A stretch of 64,000 nt of DNA from Lytechinus pictus (taxonomy: Eukaryota), in contig NC_087245.1 in NCBI RefSeq assembly GCF_037042905.1, forward strand, positions 23,562,001 through 23,626,000, in the 5' to 3' direction. Each line of letters starts with the position of its first letter. Within the stretch, counting starts at the first letter, position 1. A program made the translations under genes and the position numbers. The notes under the pieces were generated by a model. It saw only the letters and a program-made list of their open reading frames with translations. It did not search any database and was not told the DNA's origin. Of the stretch, positions 28,650 to 41,851 are shown one piece after another.

Positions 28650-29951
28650 TTAGTAAGAATTCGTCCAACTAAGTTCTCGACCAAGAACGTTTGCAAGCTC
28701 TCTATTAAATGGTCTGAAATGATCTTGTAGCTTTATCTTTAAGTCATCACCGACTTCTTCATGTGGTCTCCCCTTTCCTGATGCCATACACATCTCAAAA
28801 GGATCTCGAAGGCAGATAAATCCTTTCGTCTCGTTGAAATAAAACTTTGTATCATCAAAGTAGCGATCGATCCCCAGAAATCCCTCGACCTGTTGGAGAC
28901 CTGTGGTGGGATCCTGCGCAAATTCTTCCCCGTCCAAGATAAGGATCTGTTCTCTAGGATAGATGTTGTACCACTGTGTTAGGTATTTGACATAGCGGCT
29001 CGTATCAAGGAGACGATTAGCAACCTTGAGGCTTCCATTTGTAAAAAGGACCGACTCACGAAAGGTAGGTTTGATTTCATATTGTGGAGCTGAAGAGTGT
29101 TCATTAACCTTTGTAGCGCCTGGATGCATCGCAATAATCGCTAGCTCATGCATATAGTTTGACACTGCACGGTTTATGGGTTCACGGAGAATTATGATGA
29201 ACTTGATATCAGGCATTTTCTTCCGTAGTCTTTCAGCAACTGCTATCCTGTTGTAATAGCCAGCCGTTTTCTCCATAGCAATCTGATCGGGGGTAGAATA
29301 CGGCATCACGTTCTTATATTGGTCGAATTCATTTAATTTATGATGATTTGCAAATTTCAATTCTTTATCTGGAAATGTAATCGATGGGTGGATTTCCAAA
29401 TATGCTTTGAGAGCCGTTGTGCCACTCTTCATTGCACCTGGTATGATAGCATCGGGTCTGCGTTTCTTGCATCCCCTTGCTCTTCGAATATCTGGACTCA
29501 ATAATTTCCTTTCAGGTGGATAAACATTGACGGCTTTCTTACAGTAGCATCCGCGATCAATGTGACCAACCTCACACACAGGCTCGTTCCCAGGTTGGAG
29601 GTACATGAGGCTACTCACGGTTATAGGCGATTTGGCAGTTCTGGTCGGCTTATGCGCTTCGAGAACTCGGATGGCATTGTGCTCACGTGTGCAAGCCAAC
29701 TGAGTAAAGTTGGTACCGTATTGAACCACGTGATGAACTTCCTGCTGATGTCCATCCGACGCCAGGTACGTTGTGAAAAAACATAGCATCAGGAATGCGG
29801 TAATAACAGCGACGGTTACTTTTGATCGTCCGGTTAGTGAAACCTTCGCCATTGCCGTCATGTTGTGAAAAAAATCAAACTGCAGAAATGGAATGCCTTC
29901 TTGCTGGCGTCTCACTTCGATCAGACCTGTTTTATGAATCCATTTTGGCAT
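28650..29951 (-). CDS. HS3ST1-like Golgi sulfotransferase, paralog 2 (433 aa from first ATG; alternative start MTAMAK at 29861)
   Basis: Intact ORF. Signal anchor VTVAVITAFLMLCFFTTYL; PGAMKSGTTAL; KELKFAN; MEKTAGYY; ILREPINRAVSNY; FYFNETKGFICL..CM..KGRPH..LSW. Minus-strand splice acceptor (tttctttatctgaacAG) at 29956-29957, 4 nt before the ATG. Start codon uncertain. Confidence 0.9.
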   Translation of the reverse strand: MPKWIHKTGLIEVRRQQEGIPFLQFDFFHNMTAMAKVSLTGRSKVTVAVITAFLMLCFFTTYLASDGHQQEVHHVVQYGTNFTQLACTREHNAIRVLEAHKPTRTAKSPITVSSLMYLQPGNEPVCEVGHIDRGCYCKKAVNVYPPERKLLSPDIRRARGCKKRRPDAIIPGAMKSGTTALKAYLEIHPSITFPDKELKFANHHKLNEFDQYKNVMPYSTPDQIAMEKTAGYYNRIAVAERLRKKMPDIKFIIILREPINRAVSNYMHELAIIAMHPGATKVNEHSSAPQYEIKPTFRESVLFTNGSLKVANRLLDTSRYVKYLTQWYNIYPREQILILDGEEFAQDPTTGLQQVEGFLGIDRYFDDTKFYFNETKGFICLRDPFEMCMASGKGRPHEEVGDDLKIKLQDHFRPFNRELANVLGRELSWTNSY

Positions 29952-31531
29952 AAGGCTGTTCAGATAAAGAAATTAGAAATTATTAGGCGTTAACTTAAAA
30001 AGATATATTTGGTGCTCTATCATCAATTTCAATTTGAAAGTATAAAATGGATCTCTTTTTTTAAAGCAGTAATGATAGTAATGTCAACTGATATTCAGAT
30101 CTTATAGACATAGACGAATGGTATTTATGTTCAAAAGGATTATAAAATCGGTGACGTTGTCACAACATTTGGATTGGCTGTCTGAGATCTCGACTTTCCA
30201 ATATGTATATCTATGTACTCCGCGGCCCACCTTCACGACTAGCTGCGCATGCACAATATTTTTTTAATGATATCTGGATTGAATTGTTATTACTTTGACA
30301 GAACGTTCATGACCAGTCACCCCCCCCCTATCCATTAGGCCCTACCATGACACCATTGCCACAACATGATATTGCTTTATTATACCATAATGCTAATGAA
30401 AGTTCTGAAGCGAATGGAGCTCATAATTGCATTTATACGCATGACAACGACTACACATTAACAAGTTGGATCAAATTCGTTTTTTATGCGCTTCATCCAT
30501 GATTATTTAGTTTAATGGTTTATCTCAGCATGAAACATATCGGAATTACTATACGGGGCATATCCTGGCAATGCAATTAATAACGGTTAATGGGAAATCC
30601 AAGGCCACTGTGTGCAGAAACTGACGTTCGAAGGGTCTTCCAGGGCTCATAATTCCAATTTGCTCAAACTTCCATTATTATATAGTTTTATAAAGTTTTT
30701 ATGATTTTTCTCTTTAATATACAATTCAACTGGTTCAAGGGTTCATTCTCCTGTGAAACCTGCACTGCTTATCAAACACTATAAGATGCTTTTCTTGTAT
30801 AAATCAACATACTTACCGGTACATATTTTCAAGTTTGGAATTCAAAATAAGTACAAAACACAAAAAATGACAATGAAAAAGGGCAAAGCATATAACAATA
30901 TCAATAAACAGTGATTCGAAAAGAAGGGGGAAAAGGGAATCTGTTGTTCTTTTAGATACCCATCTTAATCATTGGTACCAAAAATGCTTAGAATATCAAG
31001 CTTTCAGATCAGAATATAAAGAAATTTCAGCTCGCTCTCGGCACTCGCACTATCTGTGTATTGAGACATGTATCCTCCTCATGAGTCACTACAAACAGGT
31101 ACCATTTTCCTATTTTCAGGTCAGTATACTAAAAAAATTCAGCTCGAGCTTCGTGCTCGCATTAGTTTCTTTCTCATGAGTCATATATATATATGTATAT
31201 ATATATGTGGGTGAGTGTGTTTGGGTGAGTTTGTTTGCTTTGTGTGGTCGAGCGCCTTTGGAACGTTGATTCGTGATTTTGCCCCCCAATCTGAAAAATG
31301 GATCGACGCCCCTGCTTACAACGGATAGAAAAAGAGGGAGTTACAAGAGCTGATTCGCATCGCTATCGAGCACAACAAATAACGCAGTCACAGACCAGGA
31401 ATCAGACAATTATATTACTCCCTGAAAGGGCCTAAAGCTCAGCTCACACTATGCGATTCGTTGCGATCCGAATTTCAAAGAAATTGTTATAACATTATTT
31501 TGATACGAGCATTCCAACCAATAAAATCTAA

Positions 31532-33017
31532 TGCTAAGTTCACACCAACAGCGCTTTGATGGCGCTTTAAAGCGGCGTGCAAAGCGGCGGCAAATAGAAA
31601 AACTCTGTTGAAAACAGAGTTTTCCACAAAGTTTTCCAGAAAGTTTTTTCTATTTTTTTTTATTTATTATATTTCATTTTTTAATTTTATAATGTTTTAT
31701 ATTTTATTATCTTTGTTTTATTTTCTCTGTTACAATAATGGTTATTTATCTCACATATAAAACTGATTTTCTGACTTTTTTATTAATTAGTAAGAAAATC
31801 AATTTGTAATAATTTGTAATAATCAATTTAACAAAAAATTGCGTATGTTAAAGATCTTTTATCGCACATATCTAAATTTCAAATTCTGCAACTTGATTCC
31901 TTTAGATTTTCACTCCTGATTTACAATTATAGTAGTATTATCTGATTTTTCATGGGTAAGAAATCAACAACAATAACATCAATAATAATAATAACATCTT
32001 CACAAGTACACATAATAAAAAAATCATTTTAAACTTATATTAAAAATAAACAGAGTGTGCATATAGGAGAATGTTCTTATTTCCAGACACAAAAGTCTTT
32101 ATCTTCATCATCTGCTTCTGACGATATCTGAGCCACTCCTTTCTTAACTCAATCAGGAAGTACCACCCCAGCCATTCTTTGTTGCCAGTCAACAGCACCC
32201 ACTGGAGAGACGAAGTATTCTCTGAGATGATCTTTCTGATGTCTGGCATCCACAGTGGCGAGGTTCCTCCTTGCAGGTGGTTGCGGAACATCTTCCCAGT
32301 GAGGTCCATCTCTCCAGGCCCCTGGTGCGAAGTTGTGCTCTTCATCTTCGTGGTCCACCGCATTGGCTGCCAGCGCCACCCTCTTCCTCAGCAGGTTGTG
32401 GAGCACCACAGCAGTCTCCACCAAATCTCTGACGTTATCTACCTTCTGTTCCAGTGTTCCCAACAGGCACCGGAACCTGTACGTGGCCATGATGCCAAGG
32501 GCATTCTCCACCACTCTCCTCTCCCTTGAGATCTTGTAGTTGCAGATCCTCTGTTCATCTGTCATCCCTATTCTACTGTATGGCTTCATCATATACATGT
32601 ACCTCTTCAGGGCAAAAGCATCGTCACCCAGGATGAAGTAGGGAATATCAGGCTGATTTTCTCCAGGGATAGGGCATGGTGGGGGCAGCCCTATGGACCC
32701 ATCTTCTAGGCATTCGAAGAGCTCAGAGTCTGTGAATATCTGGGAGTCAGACATGTGTCCTTTACCTCCCAGCTCAATCCAGATGAACTTGTACTCTGCA
32801 TCTACCAATGCCAGCAGTGGTATAGAGAAGAACCCCTTGTAGTTGTGGTAGAGCCTGCCTGTGTTTGCTGGCTTCTTAATGGCTATGTGCTTTCCATCCA
32901 AGGCACCAATTGCATGGGGGGGGGGATTCCATCTCTGTTCAAACTGCTGGGCAAGGGTGCTCCATGCTTCACGGGTGGTAGGTATGTTGAAGACCTCATC
33001 TTTATACGCCTCTACAA
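31532..33017 (-). mobile_element. Harbinger element remnant (one terminus plus nuclease gene)
   Basis: TAA|TGCTAAGTTCACACC at 31529-31546 resembles Harbinger termini (TAA target, GCTxxGTTCACAC); the nuclease gene points toward it. The other end is missing. Confidence 0.55.
32149..33017 (-). pseudogene. PIF/Harbinger transposase (HARBI1-type DDE nuclease), 5'-truncated
   Basis: Open frame of ~290 codons: [62 protein letters not shown]. The N-terminus is cut off at 33017/33018 by a hAT MITE terminus. Confidence 0.9.
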
Positions 33018-33406
33018 CAGCGGCGTAACAGGGGCCGGTGGCTAGGGGGGGGGGGACAAGAGCAAAAATTTTCCCGGTCATATCATGGTATGAACAGGCG
33101 TAATGGTGTGAGGAGACGATTTTGAGAGGGCCAGATATTGCGTATCGGGCAGGATTTATCTTATAAAAAAATTGCGAGCGAGCGAAGCGAGCGAGCAATT
33201 TTTTTTTACAATTTTAATACAAAATCAAATTTTGTGATAGATTTTGACATGATATCCAGAGAATAATATATTTCATTCTTCTCTCTTTCCATTCCTTTAT
33301 TTTGTGGTCTGTACCCCACTGTGAACAGGATTCTTTGCGGCAGTAGCGTGAAGAGTACAAAAAACGAGGGGAGGGGCACAGAATGGCGCATGTGCTAAAA
33401 AGCTGC

Positions 33407-33992
33407 TTAAAGGACAAGTCCACCCCAACAAAAAGTTTATTTGAATAAAAATAGAAAAATCGAACGAGGTGACTGAAAATTTCATCAAAATCGGACGTAA
33501 AATAAGAAAATTATGACATTTTAAAATTTTCCTAAACATCCCTGGTGGGTAAGCAAATGAGGAGACTGATGACGTCATCCACTCACTATTTCTTTTGTAC
33601 TTTATTGTATGAAATAGGGAATATTCTATTTTTCTCCTCATTGTCAAGTGAAACAACGATTAATTACTCCTGAACATATGGAATGAGCATTGTTTACTAT
33701 TATAAGATTCAGCCAAGGTCGTCCTTATTGTCAAATCTATAAAAAAATGAAATATTGTAAAATTCAAACAATAAAAAACAAAAGAAATAGTGAGAGAGGG
33801 GCATCATCGAAAGACTCATTTGCATGTCACTGAGTTGTGCATATCACTGTTTTGTGAAAAATAAGCAAAATTAAAAATGCCATAACTTTCTTATTTTACA
33901 AGCGATTTTGATGAAATTTTCAGCGTTTTGCTAATTTGATTTTTCTCTATTTATTCAAGTCAACATTTTTCTGGGATGGACTTGACATTTAA
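33407..33992. mobile_element. Kolobok/T2-type MITE (TTAA target, AGG termini) inserted in element A
   Basis: TTAA|AGGACAAGTCCACCCC...GATGGACTTGACAT|TTAA. Absent at the matching position of the inner copy (~40645), which shows the empty site. Confidence 0.85.
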
Positions 33993-34863
33993 TATAAGTC
34001 CCGAGCGAGCGAAGCGAGCGACAAAAAAATAACATTTTCATGAGAATATAACTTTGAGATATTTTTTGACATTATATTCAGTAAATAAAGTCATATCCTT
34101 CACTTTTCTTTTGCTTTTCTTTCCTCCTTTTTTTTTTGCTCTTGGTTGTAGAACTTTTGGGGCCATGGCCCAACCCTTTCATACTCATATACGGCAGTGC
34201 AATGCGGTTGGGGTCTTGATATCAAAGCCATTAAAACCTCGCAGATTGCCGCTATTTTTAATCAAATCGCGGGTATATACATAATATAGCTTTTACACAA
34301 CACATTTATTCAACCCAGTTGCGTAATGAACCAAAAATTGAGGGGGCAAAACAAAGCAATGTGGGAAAATTTGAAACAAGTCTCCAGCGAGCAAAGCGAG
34401 CTGCTAAAAAACTGCCTATTGAAATTCTAATTATGTGATAGATTTTCAGCAAATAACACAGTTCATTGTTTCCATTAATTTCATTATACGTTGTCTCCTA
34501 TAATTATTTCCTCTAAGGTGTGGAATAACCCCCCCCCCCCGCGCCTATATGCCAGTGATTGAACGTAAAGCTTAATGTAGGAAGGGTCCCTACAGGGGGG
34601 GGGGGCGTTATAGAGCCATTTGAATGTTATAGATGACAAAGCAAAGATGACGACACTTGAACACCAAGTGAATGATTTGGATCAATATCACAGAAGGATC
34701 AACTTAGAAGTGGCAGGTGTTCCTGAGAGGAAGGTGAGAATGTGAGGGAGGCTGTCCTTCACGTCATGAAGAAAATTTCACCAGAGGTATCCACCGACGA
34801 CATTGATGTGACACATCGATTTGGTCAGAGAAGAGAAGGTGGTCCAGCCAGACCAATCATCGT

Positions 34864-36358
34864 CAACCGCGTAGCCAGGATTTCATTTTGGAGGGGGCGG
34901 TAAATGCACGCGAAGCGTGCCAACGCTTACAGAGCGCGCGAAGCGCGCTCCCTAGGGGGTGGGTGCAGGGAGGGGGAGTTTCCCCTTCCCGCGCGAAGCG
35001 CGAAGCTTTTGGTGTTTCATAAATTAAAATGAAAAGGAGTCGTCTCTCTTGTCTCTAGTATCTATATCAGCTCCAATGCAGTTGACTATATTGTGATTTT
35101 GAACCTGGTTTTCATGAACCTTGTTTTCAAAAAAGATTGTGAACGCACAAAAAAGGAATACAATGGAGGAAATTAAAATGATAATAACCCCGCGCGAAGT
35201 GCGGAAGCTAAAGCGTTTTATCATTTTTTTGCCATGAAAAGGGTCCCGAGAAAAGGATATTCTCAAACATATATTGAATGCTTCCCTTGGAAAGATCAGA
35301 TTTGATTACAAACAATTTAGCGACAGTGCATATCTTTAACTCGCAAAACAGAGGAGAAGAAGTGTATATGCCAGGAGGAAGATATTCCTCCCCGCGCAGA
35401 GCAACGAAACTCTGAAATTTCAAAGGGCGGATGTTTCATCAAAATAATGCAGATATCTCCAATACCCCATCGGCTCTAATTCAATTAATTTTCTAAGATT
35501 ATTGAACTTCATTAAAAGGAAAATAGTGCGCAAAAAGTTGAAACTTCTGTGATTTATTGAAATTATAGAAAAAGGATGCCTAATTTCTTTGACTTATCCT
35601 GAAGCGCTTCATTTTGAATTATAAAGAAACTTTTCTTATTATAAAGAGTCATTCAAAATTTCAAACTGAGGGCGAAAAACAGGACAGGAGATGAATGTAC
35701 AGGGAAATGACATGAAGTTGAATAGAATTTGATAAAAAATATTGTACTTTTTTATTTAATACCCTTATACGATACGAATTTTATACCTTCCTCTTTTTGG
35801 ATTAGGAACCTGTTTGCCCCCAAAATTATGGTTGTTTAGTAATGAGCTGAAAAGCTGGAGAAGTTGACCTTATGGAGGTGACGGCAGAAATTGATATAAA
35901 GATTTTACCCGCCCGGAGCCGATCCGACCAGAAGTTGCGCGATCAATTAAAAAAAAAGATAACTTCATATACTTCGGCCTAACCTTACTCTAATTCCATG
36001 CCCTAATGCATACATTTGAACTTTAACTGGCAATAAACACATATAGCTGAGGTAAAAAAACAGGGTTAGAGAAAGGGTGGGGGAAACAATGGAGATCTTC
36101 AATATTTTCATTTAACCGCGCGCAGCGCGGAAGCAAAATTCATAATTATAGATTTAGAGCAATAGTGAAGGAGTTTCTCTTTTGAGAAAAAAAAAGAATA
36201 AAAAGAAAAAAAAAACACAAAGCTACCTTTCTTCCCTTTCCTCCCTCCCCTTTTCCTTTTCTCCTCTTTTTTTTCCCTTCTTTTTTTCCTTTTGGGGACG
36301 TTTTTTTTTGGGGGGGCGACCGCCCCCACCGCCCCCCCCCCCCCTGGCTACGCGCCTG
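34864..36358. mobile_element. hAT-type MITE inserted in LINE ORF1
   Basis: 8-bp TSD ATCATCGT (34856-34863 and 36359-36366); TIRs CAACCGCGTAGCCAGG / CCTGGCTACGCGCCTG. Removing it restores the ORF1 peptide RPIIVRF. Confidence 0.9.
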
Positions 36359-36694
36359 ATCATCGTTAGATTCACGACCAGAAGGATGAGGGATACTCTA
36401 TACTCAGGCCGGAAAAAACTGAGGGAAACATCAACCCGTCAACTGGGATTCTCAAGAGATGAAGGAAAGGTGTTTCTCAACGAAAATCTAGCCCCAGCTA
36501 AGAAGTCTCTCCTGAAGAAGGCGAATGACGACAGAAAGAAGGCGGGATACAAGTTCTGGCACCATTCTGGTGAGGAAGAGCCCGAATGTTCCACCGGTTG
36601 CTATTCATCGAGAGGAGGATCTGAACAAAATTAAGAAAAACTCTCTTACGCATATAATTTTATGTTTATATTATACTGGTGTTTTATGTAAATA

Positions 36695-39600
36695 ATGATT
36701 ACGAACATTTCCAACGATTCCAATGATGTTATTAATGATATTGGTACTAATAATGATGATGAACTTAAAATTGATTTAGATCCAAATGATGGGGCTTCGA
36801 GTGTCATATCCTCAAACTACTACACTCAGGCTTCAGCCAAAAACATTTTCAAAGGTTTACCTTCTTCCTGCTTGTCTATTTTCCATCTAAATATCAGAAG
36901 CCTTAACAAGAATTTTGAAACATTTCGTTCTATTTTTAGATAACTCAGGTTTTCCCCAAAATACAGTAATAGGTTTAGCTGAGACATGGCTGTAAGATGA
37001 ATATATCAATATGAATGCACTCCCAGGTTATGATATACTTACAAATAATCGTGTTGATAAAATTGGTGGTGGTGTTGCAATTTTTGTGCCGAGTCAATTT
37101 GAGTATGTTATTATTGAAGACATGAATTTAATGAATGAAACTGCAGAAACTTTATTTATTGAAATTAGTGATCGTGATAACAGAAAAACTGTATTGGGAG
37201 TTGTTTATAAGCCTCCTCGCAGCAATAGTGCTGATTTTCTAGACACTTTAAATAATTTACTACATTATCATTCTGTTCAAAACAAAAGATGTATCATAAT
37301 GGGAGACTTTAACTATGACCTGTTAGCGAGTGATACTAATATTTTTGCAAATGACTTTTTAGAGACATTCCTTTCTGCCTCCTTTTTGCCACTCATTTCT
37401 AGACCCACTAGAATCACTAATACTTACGCAACTCTGATTGACAATTTTTTCTCCAATATACGTTCAGAATTTAAAGCTGGTATAATTATCTCAGACATGT
37501 CTGATCATTTCCCAATTTTCATGTACTGTTCTAATCAATATCAGCCAAACAAACTTCCCGATTATGTATCTAAGAGGCGTGTGTATAGTGATATAAATAT
37601 ATCTCGTTTGAAACAGAGTTTAGAAGAAGAATCTTGGGATGATGTATTTAGTACAGAATGTGTTGACGAGTCCTACGAAACATTTATTGATATCTTCATG
37701 AGTCATGTTAATGAAAATATTCCTTTTGCAAAGCCCAAGTCCAAAAATTATAAAAGATCACCCAGACTGCCTTGGATAACGAATTCAATTCTTCGTTCGA
37801 TAAATAGAAAAAAAAAATCGATTATACTATACATATATATCAATATTAACTGAGAATACTCGGAGCCAATATACTAATTATAAGAATATACTAACAGGGG
37901 TCATCCGTACTGCTAAAAAGGCATATTACCATGATCAATTTAATCAATGCAAGAATGATCTTTAAAAAAATGGAAATTGATCAATTCTACCATCAATAAT
38001 GGACCAAAGTTTTCAATGATAACTAAGCTTATGCATAATGATTCTATTATTGAAGATAAAGTTCAGATGGCAAATATTTTCAACAATTACTTTTCACAAG
38101 TTGGATTTAAGCTCTCTAGAAGTATACCAACAAACTCCCATTCATTTCATCAATATCTGGGGGATAGAAATCAAAGTTCTATGTTTTTCTCTCCTACGAA
38201 CGCACAGGAGATAATCAAAATTATATCTAGCCTAAAATCAAATAAAAGTGCAGGATTTGATAACATTGATAACAACCTTTTACAGAAAACTATGAATTAT
38301 ATAATTGACCCTCTTATTTATATATTCAATTTGTCATTATCATCGGGAAATATTCCAAAATCAATGAAAATTTCTAAGATAAAACCAGTCTTCAAAAAAG
38401 GTGATATTTCTTTATCAAGTAACTACAGACCGATTTCATTGCTTACAAACTTATCTAAAATTCTTGAAAAATTGGTTCACATACGAACCATATGTTTTTT
38501 TTTTAAAGCACAACATCCTATCCGATACTCAATTTGGTTTCCGGGAAAAGAGTAGCACTTCCCACGCAATACGTTCTTTAGTTCAAACAGTTGCCAAAGC
38601 TTATGACAAGTCTTCGAATACGATTGCTTTGTTTTTAGATTTTTCAAAAGCATTCGATACAGTTGATCATAACATTCTCCTTTATAAACTTTCTCATTAT
38701 GGAATAAGAGGGGAACCACTAAAGTGGTTCAAGAATTATCTAACCGGGCGTTCACAGTTCGTTTCACTTGATTGTAATATTTCTGAACGTAAACCTGTCC
38801 TTTGTGGAGTTCCACAGGGCAGCATTCTAGGCCCACTTTTGTTCATTACTTATATAAATGATATTGATATGTCATCTAGATTGCTTCAATTTATACTTTT
38901 CGCTGATGACTCTAATATATTTCTGTCGCACCCCGACCCAGAGCAATTGACGCAAATATTCAATGACGAACTCAAAACTGTTTCTAATTGGATAACAGCT
39001 AACAAACTCTCTCTTAACCTAGAAAAAACTAGCTACATGCTATTTAGCAACAAGATTACGACTGTACCAAAAGATGTAATTTTAAATGATACTGTCATTC
39101 TAAGAGTGCGATCTACTAAATTTTTGGGACTGATCATTGACGAAAAACTTTCTTGGAAAGCACATATTGATAATATTTGTAAAATCATTGCTCGCAACAT
39201 TGGTGTCATTAGAAAAATAAGTTACTTCTTACCCCATTATATTTTGTTATCATTGTATTCAACGTTAATTTTACCTTACTTGAATTACGGAGTTGTTGCG
39301 TGGGGTAATGCAGCGAATTCTCAAATTAATAGACTTTTTATTTTACAAAAAAGAGTGATTCGTATTATTAGTCATGCAGAATTCAGGGCACATACAAATA
39401 TTCTGTTTTTGAGAAATAAAGTCTCGAAGGTTAAAGATTTATATTCTTTTCAACTCGGACAGTTAATGTACAAGTTTATCAATAAACAATTACCGTTACC
39501 TTTTAATAATATGTTTGTAAAAAATAATACAATTCATAAGCACTTCACTCGCCAGGCGAGTTCCTTTCATTTACCTCTGAATAGAACATCGTTTGCACAG

Positions 39601-39720
39601 AAGACATTTGTTTTTACTGGTCCAAAATTATGGAATTCTTTTTCAAAGGATATTATACAATGTAATTCAATACAAAATTTCAAAGGAAAACTTAAAAAAT
39701 ATCTTCTGAATTCATATTAG
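36695..39720 (+). pseudogene. LINE ORF2 (APE endonuclease + reverse transcriptase) with stops and frameshifts
   Basis: EN motifs HLNIRSL, ETWL, IIMGDFN, SDHFPIF. RT motifs YRPISLL, QFGFR, FLDFSKAFDTVDH, GVPQGSILGPLLF, FADD, KFLG. Split over ORFs 36695-36943, 37011-37853, 37977-38555 and 38401-39720. Confidence 0.92.
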
Positions 39721-39895
39721 ATTATCGTTTTTTCCCAAAGTAATGTAATTCAGAACTTAATATGTAAATGTGTTTATTAATTTCTATTTGCATATATGTT
39801 TAATCGTTTTATGATTTCTGTACACAGTGTATACAGAATCATTTATTTTTATTACTATTTATTTATTTTTATTTTTATTTGTTTATTCTTTAATC

Positions 39896-39961
<66 letters not shown>

Positions 39962-40253
39962 TTGTTTATTTCTTTATTTTATCTTTTTTTTTTTATTCAT
40001 GAAATTTACTTATGAAAGGGGGCCTTCACCCTACAAGCTCTGCTTTTTAGTTGGTCTCCTTCCCTTTAGATTTCATGGTATTATTGTATTATAAAAAATG
40101 ATTTAAATGCTATATTTTGTAAATATGTATATTGAACTATCATTGTAAATGTAAAAAGATTGAAAGAGAAAATAAATGAATTGAATTGAATTGAAAAATT
40201 GAATTGAATAGATGAAGAGCCCCTACTGCGTGGGGTCTGGGGCAAAGCCCCGG

Positions 40254-41851
40254 CAGCGGCGTAACAGGGGTCGGTGGCCAGGGGGGGCAAGAGCCAAAAG
40301 TTTCCTGGTCATATCATGGTATAAACAGGCGTAATAGTGTAATGAGGCGACTATTTTGAGAAGGCCAGATATTGCGTATCGGGCAGAACTTATCTTTTAA
40401 AAAAAAGTTGCGAGCGAGCGAAGCGAGCGAGCAAAATCTTTGACCTTTTTAATACAAAAATCAAATTTTGTGATAAATTTTGACATGATATCCAGAAAAT
40501 AATATATTTCACTCTTCTCTCTTTAGATTCCTTTTCTGTGGTCTGTACGCCACTGTGAACAGGATTCTTTGTGGCAGTATCGTGAAGAGTAAAAAAGGAA
40601 AAAAAAAACAGGGGCGCAGTATAGCACATGTGCTAAAAAGCTGCTTTATATAAGTCCCGAGCGAGCGAAGCGAGCGAGAAAACACCTTTTCATAAGAATC
40701 TAACTTTGAGCTATTTTTTGACATTATATTCAGTAAATAAAATCATATCCTATACACTTTTCCTTTGCTTTTCTTTCCTCCTTTTTTGTTCTTGTTTGTA
40801 GAACTTTTTGGGGCCATGGCCCAACCCTTCCATACGCGGCAGTGCTGTGCGGTTGGGGTCCGGGGCAGAGCCCCCGGAACTTCTTGATATCAAAGCCATT
40901 TAAACCTCGCAGATTGCCGCTATTTTAATCAAATCGCGGGCATATACAGAATACAGAATATAGCTTTTACACAACACATTTATTCAACCCAGTTGCGTAA
41001 TGAACCAAATATTTTGAGGGGGCAAAAACATAGCAATGTGGGAAAAATTTGTAAAAAAGTCGCCAGCGTGCAAAGCGAGCTGGAAAAAAAATTGCCTATA
41101 GAAATTAAATTATAATTATGTGATAGATTTTTCCATTATATCATTTCATTGTTTCCATTCATTTCATTATACGTTGTCTCCTATAATTTATTTTATTTTC
41201 TCTTGGGTGTTGAACCAAGACCCCCCCCCCCCGCCTGTATGCCAGTGATTGAACGTGATTGAACGGGGGGCGTTATAGAGTCATTTGATGGTTATAAATG
41301 AAGAGCCCCTTCTGCATGGGGTCTGGGGCAAAGCCCCGGTAGCTTATTTGCATAAAATTTAGCAAGCTTATAGCACAATGTTGTATGCAGTCCATCTTTC
41401 TTCCCGTTCTTTAATTTCAATCATCGGCAGCCCGGTCGTGTTATAATTTTTTTTCTTGTCCCTTTTCTTTGTTTTCCAATTTAGCTTTTGACTAATTACT
41501 CTCTATACCTATTCGTTTCCCGCTATTGTTTGCCATTTTGTCATCTTTTATTTATTTCCCACCGTGCTATTGCATTACATAGGCCTATTTCGGAATGATT
41601 TGTTCTTTCTCAAATGTTCTTCTTTCGTACAATTTTCCGCTTTCCTTCCTTTTCCATTAAAAAAAAAGTTTTTTGTTCGTTTTCTTTTCACTTTCCCTTT
41701 CCTTTTCCTCCTTTCCTTTTCCCCTTTCCTTCCCCTTTCCCTTTCTTTCTCCCTCCTTTTTTTCTTTTTCCCGTTTTTCTTTTATTTTCCCGGTGAAATC
41801 CGCCAGGGGGGGCAACTTGCCCCCCCTGCCCCCCCGCCTGTTACGCCACTG
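40254..41851. mobile_element. hAT-type non-autonomous element A, inner copy inserted into its own family member
   Basis: Same termini as the outer copy; exact 8-bp TSD AGCCCCGG at 40246-40253 and 41852-41859. Confidence 0.9.

Larger units (their letters stand above)
34637..40207 (+). mobile_element. CR1/L2-group non-LTR retrotransposon (Crack/Daphne-like), 5'-truncated and decayed
   Basis: ORF1 remnant (NDLDQYHRRINLEVAGVPE..IDVTHRF..RPIIVRF..VFLNENL) followed by ORF2 EN+RT. 3' tail AATAAA plus (TTGAA)n at ~40170-40207. Direct repeat ATAGATGA at 34629-34636 and 40208-40215. Confidence 0.9.

Noticed and set aside
33018..33198. N-terminal 60 codons of the 349-aa ORF 32149..33198, read as a full-length HARBI1 gene or a fusion protein
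   Set aside because: These codons are the hAT MITE terminus (same sequence at 40254 onward) that happens to be open in frame; Harbinger homology stops at 33017.
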